Of a stretch of 23,026 nt of DNA, positions 9,086 through 18,110 are shown piece after piece. The stretch's first letter is position 1, and every line of letters starts with the position of its first letter. This DNA comes from a bacterium (GTDB lineage: Bacteria > Hydrothermota > 32-111). A model generated the notes under the pieces. That model ran no database searches. It was given only the letters and a program-made list of their open reading frames with translations, and was not told where the DNA came from. The translations under genes and the position numbers were made by a program. The stretch spans positions 1 to 23,026 of the forward strand of contig JAWOBN010000116.1 of assembly GCA_046484245.1 (NCBI GenBank). The letters are read 5' to 3'.

Positions 9086-9927
9086 AGACGCGGATCCCTT
9101 CCCAGAAAGAATTTCTCCCTCATTACATTTATAAATGCACTCTTGTCAAATTGTATGAGCTGCAGTTTCTTTTCATATAATTTCATCTCTATCTTCTCGC
9201 CCTTCTCCACGGAGATATTGACCTGTGAATCAGCTGATATCATGCAGTCGCCATTGAGCGCCATAAATGAGACCTTCCTCTGATTATTAAGGACAATGGG
9301 CCTCTGCACAAGATTGTGCGGGCATATTGGGGTGATGATAAAGGAATTGGCATCAGGGAGCATTACAGGGCCTCCTGCTGCCATGGAATAGGCAGTTGAG
9401 CCGGTTGCTGTTGAGAGCATTATGCCGTCTGAAGATACCTTGGACACCTCCATGCCGTCTATAAACACATTTATCTTAATCATCCTCTGGACAATTGCCG
9501 AATATAGTACAATTTCATTTACTGCAATGAGCTGCTTCTGCTTCACTGTGGTTGAGAGCAGGTCCCTCTCTTCAATGAAGAAATCACCCTCATAAACCTT
9601 GTTCAGTGTCTCTATCAGCTCACTGTCACGGTTCTGTGTGAGAAAACCGAGTGAACCGATATTGATGCCTACCAGTTTGAGTTCAAAGGGCACTATGCGT
9701 CTTGCTGTCTTGAGCATTGTTCCGTCCCCGCCCAGTGAAATAACAATTGTATCGCCCTTATCCATTGAAGCAAGTCTGCTGTCATCTACTGTTTCAATGT
9801 CAAGTCCGTATTCATCCTTGAACATAAAGACATCTATATTATTCTTGTCTGCCCACTCAAGGGTCTTTTTCACTGTTTTCTCTGCATTCTTCTTATTTGT
9901 ATTGACGGATATTATAAGATTTCTCAT
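9079..9927 (-). CDS. nadK: NAD(+) kinase
   Basis: [17 protein letters not shown] and [14 protein letters not shown] motifs. Start reassigned to ATG 9927 (ATGA overlap with the prmC stop) instead of the ORF-track 10032. Confidence 0.95.
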   Translation of the reverse strand: MRNLIISVNTNKKNAEKTVKKTLEWADKNNIDVFMFKDEYGLDIETVDDSRLASMDKGDTIVISLGGDGTMLKTARRIVPFELKLVGINIGSLGFLTQNRDSELIETLNKVYEGDFFIEERDLLSTTVKQKQLIAVNEIVLYSAIVQRMIKINVFIDGMEVSKVSSDGIMLSTATGSTAYSMAAGGPVMLPDANSFIITPICPHNLVQRPIVLNNQRKVSFMALNGDCMISADSQVNISVEKGEKIEMKLYEKKLQLIQFDKSAFINVMREKFFLGRDPRLC

Positions 9928-10793
9928 TTTCTCCTCATCATTATGATCCGGTCCTTCCCTGCAAGGTCCTTTACTATTGATATGTCCTTGTACTTGCCCT
10001 TCTTCAGAGCATAATTCCTCACTGACCTGCACTGACCATCACCGAATTCCATTGCAAGCATACCGTCTTTGCGGAGATATTTATAAGCATTGTCTATGAG
10101 GTATCTGAGCATATTCAGGCCGTCCTCTCCTGAACCCAGTGCAAGATTGGGTTCAAATTCAGATACTTCCCTCTGGAGTTTTTCTACCTGTTTTTCTTTT
10201 ATATAGGGCGGATTGGACACAATGCAGTGAAAATACTTCCTCTTCCTGAACCCCTCAAAGCCCTCTGTATTGACAAAATTGATTGTACCTCTTATCTCAT
10301 TGAGCTGCTCATTATCCCTCGCCACATCCAGTGCGGGACGGGAGATATCTGACGCAAAGTATCTGCAGCCAGGTGCATATTTTGCAAGAGAGACAATGAT
10401 ATTCCCCGAACCTGTGCCTATGTCCAGTATGCGGAAATCCTTCTTCTTGTTCTCCAGGACAAAATTGAGGACCTTTTCAACAAGGATCTCTGTCTCCGGT
10501 CTGGGTATCAGGACATGCCTGTTGACCTTGAAGGGCAGTGACATGAATTCGGTCTCACCGACAATATACTGTACAGGTTCATTTCTCAGCCGCCTCTGCA
10601 CGAGATTCCTGAAATAATTCGCCTCTATCCTTGTAAGTTTCTTCTTGTAATTGGAATAGAGCTCCAGACGGTTCTTATTCATGCAGTGCACCATAATGAG
10701 CTCTGCATTGAGCCGTGGTTTCTGTATATCGTGGCTCCTGAAGAGGTCTATTGCCTCATTGATAAGTTCCTTACTGTCCCATTTCTTCTGCAA
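9924..10793 (-). CDS. prmC: Release factor glutamine N5-methyltransferase
   Basis: [33 protein letters not shown] at 10793 is better spaced from the GGAG RBS than ATG 10799. Confidence 0.95.
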   Translation of the reverse strand: MQKKWDSKELINEAIDLFRSHDIQKPRLNAELIMVHCMNKNRLELYSNYKKKLTRIEANYFRNLVQRRLRNEPVQYIVGETEFMSLPFKVNRHVLIPRPETEILVEKVLNFVLENKKKDFRILDIGTGSGNIIVSLAKYAPGCRYFASDISRPALDVARDNEQLNEIRGTINFVNTEGFEGFRKRKYFHCIVSNPPYIKEKQVEKLQREVSEFEPNLALGSGEDGLNMLRYLIDNAYKYLRKDGMLAMEFGDGQCRSVRNYALKKGKYKDISIVKDLAGKDRIIMMRRK

Positions 10794-11859
10794 GCACATA
10801 CTCCAGTTTTTCTTTTTTCTCTTCCTTCCTCAATTCCTCAATAAGAATATCAAGATTACCATCCAGTATTTCGTCCAATCTGTATATTGTCAGATTGATC
10901 CTGTGGTCCGTGACCCTGCCTTCAGGGAAATTGTATGTACGTATTCTCTCAGACCTGTCGCCTGACCCTACCTGGCTTTTTCTGTTGCGTGAGATCTCCT
11001 GCTGCTGTTTCTGTATCTGCATATCATAGAGCCGTGCTTTGAGAATCCGCTTTGCTTTCTCTTTATTCTTATGCTGGCTTCTCTCATCCTGACAGGATAT
11101 GACTATGCCTGAGGGCTTATGGGTGATCCTCACAGCAGTTGCCACATTATTGACATTCTGCCCGCCTGCACCTGATGCATGGAAGGTATCTATTTTCATG
11201 TCATTCTCATTGAGTTCTACCTCCACATTCTCAGCTTCAGGCAGAACAGCAACCGTCACTGCGGATGTGTGAATCCTGCCTCCTGATTCTGTCTCCGGTA
11301 CACGCTGCACCCTGTGAGCACCGCTTTCAAATTTGAAATATCTGTAGGCATTCTTGCCCTTGACAGAGAATGTAATATCCTTGAATCCCCCCAATCCTGT
11401 TGAATGGGAATCCATGAGCTCCACTGTCAGATTCTTGGATTCAGCATATTTCTTATACATCCTGAATAGGTCTGAAGCAAAGAGAGCTGCCTCATCTCCC
11501 CCTGTGCCTGCCCGTATCTCAAAAATAATGTCCCTTGAATCATTGGGGTCAGACGGTATGAGAAGCATCTTGATCTTCTCTTCAAGTTGATCTGCCTCTT
11601 TCTTCAGGTCCCTGATGTCTTCTTTTGCCATTTCCTTCAGTTCACTGTCATCAGTGGACTCCAGAATCCCCTCATTCTCTGCCAATTGCCTGTCCATATT
11701 CAGCAAGTCCTCTATGAGGGCAACAGTGTCCTTGAGGTCAGCATACTCCATTGACAAATTCCTGTATAGTTCATTATTGTTTATCACATCAGGATCAGTG
11801 AGCTGTTTCTCTATTTCCTTGAATCTTTCAATTTTCTCTTTCAGTTTCTCTCTCTTCAA
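10771..11859 (-). CDS. prfA: Peptide chain release factor 1
   Basis: [21 protein letters not shown] (PxT, RF1 type), [19 protein letters not shown] start at 11859 behind GGAGG. Confidence 0.97.
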   Translation of the reverse strand: MKREKLKEKIERFKEIEKQLTDPDVINNNELYRNLSMEYADLKDTVALIEDLLNMDRQLAENEGILESTDDSELKEMAKEDIRDLKKEADQLEEKIKMLLIPSDPNDSRDIIFEIRAGTGGDEAALFASDLFRMYKKYAESKNLTVELMDSHSTGLGGFKDITFSVKGKNAYRYFKFESGAHRVQRVPETESGGRIHTSAVTVAVLPEAENVEVELNENDMKIDTFHASGAGGQNVNNVATAVRITHKPSGIVISCQDERSQHKNKEKAKRILKARLYDMQIQKQQQEISRNRKSQVGSGDRSERIRTYNFPEGRVTDHRINLTIYRLDEILDGNLDILIEELRKEEKKEKLEYVLAEEMGQ

Positions 11860-12772
11860 TGAATTCCTCCAAACCTGCTGCCTTGAGAGCTGCTTTGAGT
11901 GAGGCAATACTCACCTCAAGCATCTCGTTGGTCGGCTCTTTTGTTGTAATATATTGAAAAAGTATGCCCGGCAGAAGCAGTATCTTTACTATTTTATTTT
12001 TAAAGTGTTTGCCTGCCAGTGTGAGTATCTCAAATGCAATTGCTGCAATCACAGGCAGGAATATCAGATGATTTATAAGACGATTGAGTGCATTATTGGT
12101 TATATTGAGCTGCGAGAATACAATTGTATCAAGTGCGGAATAGAATATTATTGCAATAATAAGCACAATAAATATAAAACTCGTCCCGCATCTGGGGTGC
12201 TTTGTTGAATACTCTCTTACATTTTCCACATTGAGCTCTACACCGTTTTCAAATGCATACACTGCTTTATGCTCTGCACCGTGATACATGAATATCCTTC
12301 TTATATCCTTCCAGAGGCTTATCACCAGTATGTAAAGAATGAAAAAGACCATCCTGATGCCCCCGAGAAACAGATTGAAATAGAGCTGATTGGTCTGAAG
12401 ATTGAGCCAATTGCCCAGTTTTATGGGGATAAAGAGGAAGAGCCCCACTGCTATGCCTATTGCTGCAATAAAACTGACTATTGTCATGAGTAAATCCTTG
12501 AACCCCTTCTTCTTGCCTTCCTCATCATAATAGATATCAGCAGAGAGATTCAGTGAGTCCATACCGAGATTGAGCATCTCCATAAATGACACAACTCCCC
12601 TTATAAAGGGCAGTGACATAATCTTATTCCTCTGTGCCCAGCGTGTATAGGGTTTTGACCTTATCTCAATATCCCCGCTCTCCTTTCTCACTGCAATAGC
12701 CCAGCCGCCGTTTACGAGCATCATGACACCTTCAATTATTGCCTGTCCTCCTGCACGTATGTTTTTATTCAC
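11828..12772 (-). CDS. DUF1385 family membrane protein
   Basis: [31 protein letters not shown] motifs; usual neighbour of prfA/prmC; GTG start at 12772 after AAGGAG. Confidence 0.92.
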   Translation of the reverse strand: MNKNIRAGGQAIIEGVMMLVNGGWAIAVRKESGDIEIRSKPYTRWAQRNKIMSLPFIRGVVSFMEMLNLGMDSLNLSADIYYDEEGKKKGFKDLLMTIVSFIAAIGIAVGLFLFIPIKLGNWLNLQTNQLYFNLFLGGIRMVFFILYILVISLWKDIRRIFMYHGAEHKAVYAFENGVELNVENVREYSTKHPRCGTSFIFIVLIIAIIFYSALDTIVFSQLNITNNALNRLINHLIFLPVIAAIAFEILTLAGKHFKNKIVKILLLPGILFQYITTKEPTNEMLEVSIASLKAALKAAGLEEFIEERETEREN

Positions 12773-13403
12773 CGAATTTCTCCTTGAGGGATACATATCT
12801 TAGATAATCCTCCATACTCTCCACTCCGCGCACAAACATATTGTTATTCCGTATCTCTATGAGATTGGCACTCTTGAGCTGTTCAACCATACCTTCAAGT
12901 TTATCCTCTTTTATACCCAGTATGGAAGAGAGTTCCTCCATGGAGTAATTGAAGTTGAGAAGAATAGAGCCGTCATCCTGTTTGATGCCGTCCTCTTCTG
13001 CCTTTGTAATAAGAAATGCAATGAGCCGTTTTTCAAGGGACTTAATCATTAGGAATTTGATCTGCTCATCCGCCTTGCGGAGGCGTGTTGTGAGTTCTGT
13101 CACAATATATTCAATAAGGGGTTCTTCACCCATTTTCTTCTTCAGTGCATTCTTGTCAAATGTAATAAGATGCGTTTCACCGTCCGAGAGTGCTGTCGCT
13201 GATCTGGGACTGCCGTCAATAATTGACATCTCCCCGAAAAAATCACCCTCGCGCAGAACAGCCAGGACCTTGACATCATCCCCAACCTTTTTAATAATCT
13301 TCACTTTGCCTGATTTGATGAGATACATCTCATCACCTGCATCCCCTTCCCTGAAGAGGACCTCATTGTCCTGTAATACCTTTTCTACACCCATGTCAGC
13401 CAT
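12765..13403 (-). CDS. Crp/Fnr family cNMP-binding regulator
   Basis: LFREGDAGDEMYLIKSG...FFGEMSIIDGSPRSATA cNMP domain; C-terminal HTH-like region; AGGAGG RBS. Confidence 0.88.
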   Translation of the reverse strand: MADMGVEKVLQDNEVLFREGDAGDEMYLIKSGKVKIIKKVGDDVKVLAVLREGDFFGEMSIIDGSPRSATALSDGETHLITFDKNALKKKMGEEPLIEYIVTELTTRLRKADEQIKFLMIKSLEKRLIAFLITKAEEDGIKQDDGSILLNFNYSMEELSSILGIKEDKLEGMVEQLKSANLIEIRNNNMFVRGVESMEDYLRYVSLKEKFGE

Positions 13404-13412
13404 AATTTCCTC

Positions 13413-14198
13413 CTAAATATTTAAAGGAATTATATAAGGCATCTCACCCTTGAAACTGTTTTTCCTGTATGCCTTAATAATTTTTTCTATTTTCTCTTCC
13501 TCTATACCCGCCTCAGCTATCTCCTCAACAGTCATCTCCCTGTCAAAATAGAGATATGAGAATCTGTCTATTGTCCTGTAGGACACACCCATTTCACCTT
13601 CATCTGTCTGTCCTTCCCAGAGATCTGCAGTAGGAACCTTGTTGACTATCTTCTCAGGAAGGCCCATAGAAGCAGCGAGTTCCCGCACCTGTGATTTAAA
13701 GAGATTGCCCAGTGGATTGATAGCGCATGCCAGATCCCCGAACAATGTGCCATAGCCCATGATTATCTCTGACCTGTTGGAGGTGCCGATGACAAGTCCA
13801 TTATGCTTGGAAGCCATGTCATAGAGCACAGCCATTCTTTCCCTGGCGCATTTGTTCCCTATACGGAGTTTTGACAGATTGTCCTCACCGGCAAAATAGA
13901 TATCTATCTGCTCTGTAATGTCCCTTTTAATAAGTTCAATATCAAGAAAATCGCATATCAGCTGCGCGTCACTGCGGCTTTCGGGATTACTGGACCTATA
14001 CGGTAGAAAATACGCATGTATATGCTCATTGTCAATAGCATCAGCCAGCAGAGCCAGGGTGACAGATGAATCCAGTCCGCCCGAGACACCAATGACTGCC
14101 CTGTTGAATCTCTTCTTCTTTATTGCAATCCTCAATTCTTCCGCCAGATAATGAGCAATGCTCTTGTAGTCAATATGCAGATATTCATCAATATCCAT
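13413..14198 (-). CDS. nadE: NH3-dependent NAD(+) synthetase
   Basis: SGGLDS, ARERM, GTSNRSE, GYGTLFGD, PTADLWEGQTDE; 261 aa with no glutaminase domain. Confidence 0.95.
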   Translation of the reverse strand: MDIDEYLHIDYKSIAHYLAEELRIAIKKKRFNRAVIGVSGGLDSSVTLALLADAIDNEHIHAYFLPYRSSNPESRSDAQLICDFLDIELIKRDITEQIDIYFAGEDNLSKLRIGNKCARERMAVLYDMASKHNGLVIGTSNRSEIIMGYGTLFGDLACAINPLGNLFKSQVRELAASMGLPEKIVNKVPTADLWEGQTDEGEMGVSYRTIDRFSYLYFDREMTVEEIAEAGIEEEKIEKIIKAYRKNSFKGEMPYIIPLNI

Positions 14199-14221
14199 AA
14201 TTCTCCTTTTTACGAAATATT

Positions 14222-14249
14222 ATTTTATCACAAGTAAACATACAGTCAA
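14222..14249 (-). promoter_or_regulatory. Putative promoter of the nadE...priA operon
   Basis: Minus strand TTGACT-N16-TAAAAT with an extended -10 (TGa), followed by an AAGGAG RBS. Confidence 0.65.
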
Positions 14250-14381
14250 GGTTAATACGCATAATACAAGTATCGGGGCAATCAGTAATTTATGCAGGGC
14301 GGGATTATCTTGCTGGAAGATTAAGGGGATTTCTCACTGAAGAGGATACAAGACAATGTATCATGCCCGGGCCATATTCAT

Positions 14382-15458
14382 TTAGATACTGTCCGGCTCC
14401 TGCCTCCTCTGAAGAAATGTATCCTCAATGCTGCTCATGATATCCTTGATCTTTGTACGCGGTATTTCCGAATGCGCATTCCCCGCACCTGTAAATGTAT
14501 GAACAGGATTGAGTTTCATCATCCTGCCCCCGCTTCTCCTGATAATCTCATCAGCCAGACGGATACCGGGCATATTGTTCTCCTCTTCCTTGTAATGCAG
14601 CGGTTTTATAAGCAGGAATTTCACATCCGCCTTTTTGACCTGCTCTGATTTTGTCATTGCATCGCGGTATATCGGTTCATCAAGCATATCATCATAATGA
14701 TTTGTCACCGGCTCCGGATAACAGTCACTGAGCATCACTATCATGGGATTGGCATCAGGATTCTTGTACTTCTCTGTCTTTGCCATTGTAATTGCCTTCC
14801 CTATACCGTCCCCCAGTGGTGTTTCACCGTGAACAGAGAGATTCTTCAGGCCTTTGATAATTATCCTGTAATTGTGCGTGGGATAGTTTATGATTCTCGC
14901 CTGAGAGCCCTGAAGTGATATGAGACCTATCCTGTCCCTGTTTCTTGTGAAATGCTTTACTGAGGTCTTCAGCACATCTGTAAATATAGATATATAGGGA
15001 TATGTTGAATTGCTCACATCTATAAGGAAGATCAGTGTCATGGATTCCTTCTCCATCTTCTCCCATCCCATTATATTCTGCCGGTCAATGCCTTTACTGA
15101 CTGTACCCTGCTTCATCATTGCATTCCTTATTGTCTGATAAAGGGCAATGGGGGTTACACCCTTCTCATAATCGGTGCTGCGGAAATTCCTTCCCACACG
15201 CTTTGAGCGTATATTCCTTCTTCTTCCTCTTGACTGGGCAGCAGGTCTTCTCTTTCTCATGCCTGTCAGGATATTGCCGAACCGTTCCCTGCCCTGACGG
15301 ACAATGTCTCTTATGGAACTGAAAAGCGGGATACTGCTCCTTCTCACTGAAGATTTGCTCTTTTCATTTTCACTTGTACGGGATTGATGCTGGGAGAGGC
15401 TTCGCCTGCCCCCGGATTTTACCTGATAGTCATCCCTCTTCTCTACTCGGCTTTTTTT
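14382..15458 (-). CDS. VWA-domain (ChlD/BchD C-terminal-like) reading frame, probably the -1 frame continuation of the upstream AAA+ gene
   Basis: MIDAS motif LIDVSNS...GETPL...LSD. The frame is open upstream of the ORF-track GTG (15347) back to 15458, bounded by a TAA at 15461-15459. No clear RBS at 15347. Confidence 0.8.
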   Translation of the reverse strand, partial: KKSRVEKRDDYQVKSGGRRSLSQHQSRTSENEKSKSSVRRSSIPLFSSIRDIVRQGRERFGNILTGMRKRRPAAQSRGRRRNIRSKRVGRNFRSTDYEKGVTPIALYQTIRNAMMKQGTVSKGIDRQNIMGWEKMEKESMTLIFLIDVSNSTYPYISIFTDVLKTSVKHFTRNRDRIGLISLQGSQARIINYPTHNYRIIIKGLKNLSVHGETPLGDGIGKAITMAKTEKYKNPDANPMIVMLSDCYPEPVTNHYDDMLDEPIYRDAMTKSEQVKKADVKFLLIKPLHYKEEENNMPGIRLADEIIRRSGGRMMKLNPVHTFTGAGNAHSEIPRTKIKDIMSSIEDTFLQRRQEPDSI

Positions 15459-16534
15459 TTACTGTCCCTCTTCTCAAAGTCCATTTCAAATATGAATGGA
15501 GGTTTATCCCCCTCATCCTCATCTTCATCAGGCAGATGCTTGTTTAAAACCTGCAGTATCTCTTCTTCTTCAGGGGGACCGAGCAGTCCGCCGTCCCTTG
15601 TCCTGTGTATGAGCGCCAGTGTTGAGGCTTCCTCAATATCAGTGTTTGTAACATAATTGCTGTTTCTCAGTGCAGCCAGTGTGCGTGCTGTCTTGATTAT
15701 TACAATATCAGGTCTCTGACCGTCAACCTTCAATTCACCACATGCTGAAGACACTGAAAATATCTGCTTGTCTGTCACAGTAACATCCCCGAGATTCTTC
15801 CTCGCTTGGGGTATTGAATCCCTGACCTGTTTCTGCTGCTCGGAGAATCTTGACACATATGATTCATAATCATCCTCAAAGAGGAGATTGCGCTTGACAA
15901 TTTCAGCCCTCTTCTCGGGGTCTGTAATTGTCTCAACCTTCACTGCAAGGGGGAATCTGTCAAGTATCTGAGGCCGTAGTTCACCCTCTTCAGGATTCAT
16001 TGAACCTATCAGCACAAAATTTGAACTATGAGTAATGGATACACCTTCTCTTTCTATTACATTGACATGGGACGCAGCAGCATCCAGTATATCATCCACA
16101 AGGTGGTCAGGGAGGAGATTAACCTCGTCAACATACAGTATATTCCTGTTTGCAAGCCCCAGTATTCCCGGTATGACCTGCTTTCTGCCCTCCTTCATGA
16201 GAAGTTCAATATCAATACTGCCTATAAGACGGTCCTCAGTGCAGCTCAGCGGCAGGGTGACAACCCTCATCTGTTTCTCAACTGTATCCTTCTTGCTCTT
16301 GTCACCGCAGTAATCACATTCCTCATCAGGCCTGCAGTTGAATGCACAGTCCCTGATTGTGGTGTAATCAGGAAGAATATCCTCAACAGAATGCACAATT
16401 GTTGATTTGCCCGAGCCCTTGGGACCCATGACAAGCAGACCGCCTATTGACGGATTGACAATATTGGCAATATATGCTGCTTTGAGCTTCTCCTGTCCTA
16501 CTATGGACGAGAACATCATTAATTTCTTCTTCAA
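15443..16534 (-). CDS. ChlI/BchI-like chelatase-type AAA+ ATPase (N-terminal part of a frameshifted chlD-like gene)
   Basis: FSSIVGQEKLK, GPKGSGKS, Cys cluster CAFNC..CDYC, TEDRLIGSID, ILYVDEVNLL, REGVS, MNPEEGELRPQILDRF, acidic/Pro tail; TTG start after GAGGGGG. Confidence 0.9.
   Translation of the reverse strand: MKKKLMMFSSIVGQEKLKAAYIANIVNPSIGGLLVMGPKGSGKSTIVHSVEDILPDYTTIRDCAFNCRPDEECDYCGDKSKKDTVEKQMRVVTLPLSCTEDRLIGSIDIELLMKEGRKQVIPGILGLANRNILYVDEVNLLPDHLVDDILDAAASHVNVIEREGVSITHSSNFVLIGSMNPEEGELRPQILDRFPLAVKVETITDPEKRAEIVKRNLLFEDDYESYVSRFSEQQKQVRDSIPQARKNLGDVTVTDKQIFSVSSACGELKVDGQRPDIVIIKTARTLAALRNSNYVTNTDIEEASTLALIHRTRDGGLLGPPEEEEILQVLNKHLPDEDEDEGDKPPFIFEMDFEKRDSKKKAE
15452..15460 (-). 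other. Candidate -1 frameshift / transcriptional slippage site (A9)
   Basis: mRNA AGU AAA AAA AAA GCC GAG UAG; the only slippery sequence in the short overlap between frame 0 and the -1 frame. Confidence 0.7.
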
Positions 16535-16558
16535 ATAACCCCCTCTGTTATGCCCTCA

Positions 16559-16586
16559 ATTATACATATATGATAAATCCAGTCAA
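16559..16586 (-). promoter_or_regulatory. Putative promoter of the chlI/D-like gene
   Basis: Minus strand TTGACT-N16-TATAAT. Confidence 0.65.
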
Positions 16587-16600
16587 TAACTGCCTCGCGG

Positions 16601-16856
16601 CCGGGGACGGTCCTTCGATTTGTTGATTCTTCTCACCAAAGCCTATTGAATTTCCTTTAAGGCACTCGCCTGCTTGTATGCAATGTCAATATATCAGTTA
16701 AATGAAGCTAAAACCGCTATTTATGCCTTGAACTGCTTTCTCTGTCAGCACTTTTTAATGCTTTTTCAGCAACCTCTAAGCTTTGGCATAATTTAACTTA
16801 AGAAATTTCTACTGGGTTTGATGAGAAAACGGGACAAATGGAAGGACCGTCCCCGG
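16601..16856. mobile_element. Second non-autonomous element with GGGGACGGT terminal inverted repeats
   Basis: CCGGGGACGGTCCTTCGATTTGT (16601-16623) matches the reverse complement of 16834-16856 (CCGGGGACGGTCCTTCCATTTGT) at 22/23; non-coding interior. Confidence 0.65.
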
Positions 16857-16867
16857 ATGTGTTTGAC

Positions 16868-16896
16868 TTGACAAATGGATATTACTGCAATATGCT
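16868..16896 (+). promoter_or_regulatory. Putative promoter of the glycosyltransferase gene
   Basis: TTGACA-N17-TATGCT, followed by an AAGGA RBS. Confidence 0.6.
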
Positions 16897-16922
16897 CTTG
16901 AAAATCATAATAAAGGAAATTA

Positions 16923-18110
16923 ATGAAGGTACTTCTTGTAACAGACGGGTATTATCCGTATCATTCAGGCACATCCAAACTCAATTATGATAAGTGGACT
17001 TGGCTGAGGAAGAGGGGCATAGAAGCTGATATCCTCACTACATCATACGGCAAGGGCGACGGGGATTATGAAGCATACAGGATAGGCAGGGTGGTAAAGA
17101 TTGCAGCCAATGGCTCATATATCACAATGACTTTTGACAGTAATCTCAATGGTAGGATAAAGTCATTTCTCAGAGAGCACAGATATGACATACTGCATCT
17201 ATCAGGACCCTTCCCTCCGGGACTGTCGTACTTTGCAATGCGCAATGCACTTCCCGGCACAGGTGTCATAGGAGAATTCCAGGCTGCATCGGATTTCATA
17301 CTGCGGTCACTGAGTGACAATGGTTCAGTGATTGACAATATCAAAACAGGATTCATGCAGTATATTGGAGGCAATGTATTCAATGCACTGTTCAGGGATG
17401 ATTATGAGCGGCTCAATATAAGAAGCGCTATATCACATGCAGCTCAGTCCTTCTTTGAGATTTTCATCAGGGGTGATTATGAGATCATCCCCGTGGGGGT
17501 GGATACAGACAGGTACTGTCCTGAGGGACCTGTTTTCAGTCATATCAGTAAAGGGCATTCCATCATATATCTGGGCAGAATGGACAGGCGCAAGGGTCTT
17601 GACCGTCTAATCAGGGCAATGCCCCGTATTATTGAAGATGTGCCTGATGTGAAGCTCTATGCAGGAGGCGGCGGTCCGCTTCTGGATGAATACAGGAAAC
17701 TGGCTGTAAAGACAGGTGTTGATAAGCATATTGATTTTATGGGCTATATTGATGAGGATGACCTGCCTAAATTGTACAGGTCAGGCAGTGTCTATGTTTC
17801 CCCTGCAACAGGCGGTGAATCCTTCGGCATTGTCCTCATTGAGGCAATGGCTTCCGGCATACCTGTTATTGCTTCTGATATTGGAGGATACAGGGATGTG
17901 GTGGATAATGGTCTTACCGGCATACTGACAGATTCCGCAGACAGCCGCACACTGGCAAAACACATCACGGGGGTGCTTCTTGACAGTAAAAAGGCTCAGT
18001 ATCTCTCAAATAATGCATTAGAAAAGGTGTCCCGCCATTATGACTGGGATGTTGTTATTGACAAAACCATTGAACAGTACAAGAGGGCGATTGTAAAAGC
18101 ACGCTCCTGA
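16923..18110 (+). CDS. GT4 family glycosyltransferase (PimA-like)
   Basis: MKVLLVT start, ANGS, GRMDRRKG, PATGGESFGIVLIEAMASG (Ex7E) motifs. Confidence 0.9.
   Translation: MKVLLVTDGYYPYHSGTSKLNYDKWTWLRKRGIEADILTTSYGKGDGDYEAYRIGRVVKIAANGSYITMTFDSNLNGRIKSFLREHRYDILHLSGPFPPGLSYFAMRNALPGTGVIGEFQAASDFILRSLSDNGSVIDNIKTGFMQYIGGNVFNALFRDDYERLNIRSAISHAAQSFFEIFIRGDYEIIPVGVDTDRYCPEGPVFSHISKGHSIIYLGRMDRRKGLDRLIRAMPRIIEDVPDVKLYAGGGGPLLDEYRKLAVKTGVDKHIDFMGYIDEDDLPKLYRSGSVYVSPATGGESFGIVLIEAMASGIPVIASDIGGYRDVVDNGLTGILTDSADSRTLAKHITGVLLDSKKAQYLSNNALEKVSRHYDWDVVIDKTIEQYKRAIVKARS

Noticed and set aside
9928..10032. N-terminal extension of nadK in the ORF track (likewise prfA 11860-11907, DUF1385 12773-12796, DUF4097 21167-21208)
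   Set aside because: These overlap upstream genes; downstream starts have better RBSs or stop/start coupling
14250..14381. Possible riboswitch or ncRNA upstream of nadE
   Set aside because: Only short hairpins, no recognisable aptamer, and the region lies upstream of the predicted nadE promoter
15345..15347. Independent GTG start for the VWA ORF
   Set aside because: No SD nearby and the frame is open back to the A9 tract; a frameshift fusion is more parsimonious, though not proven
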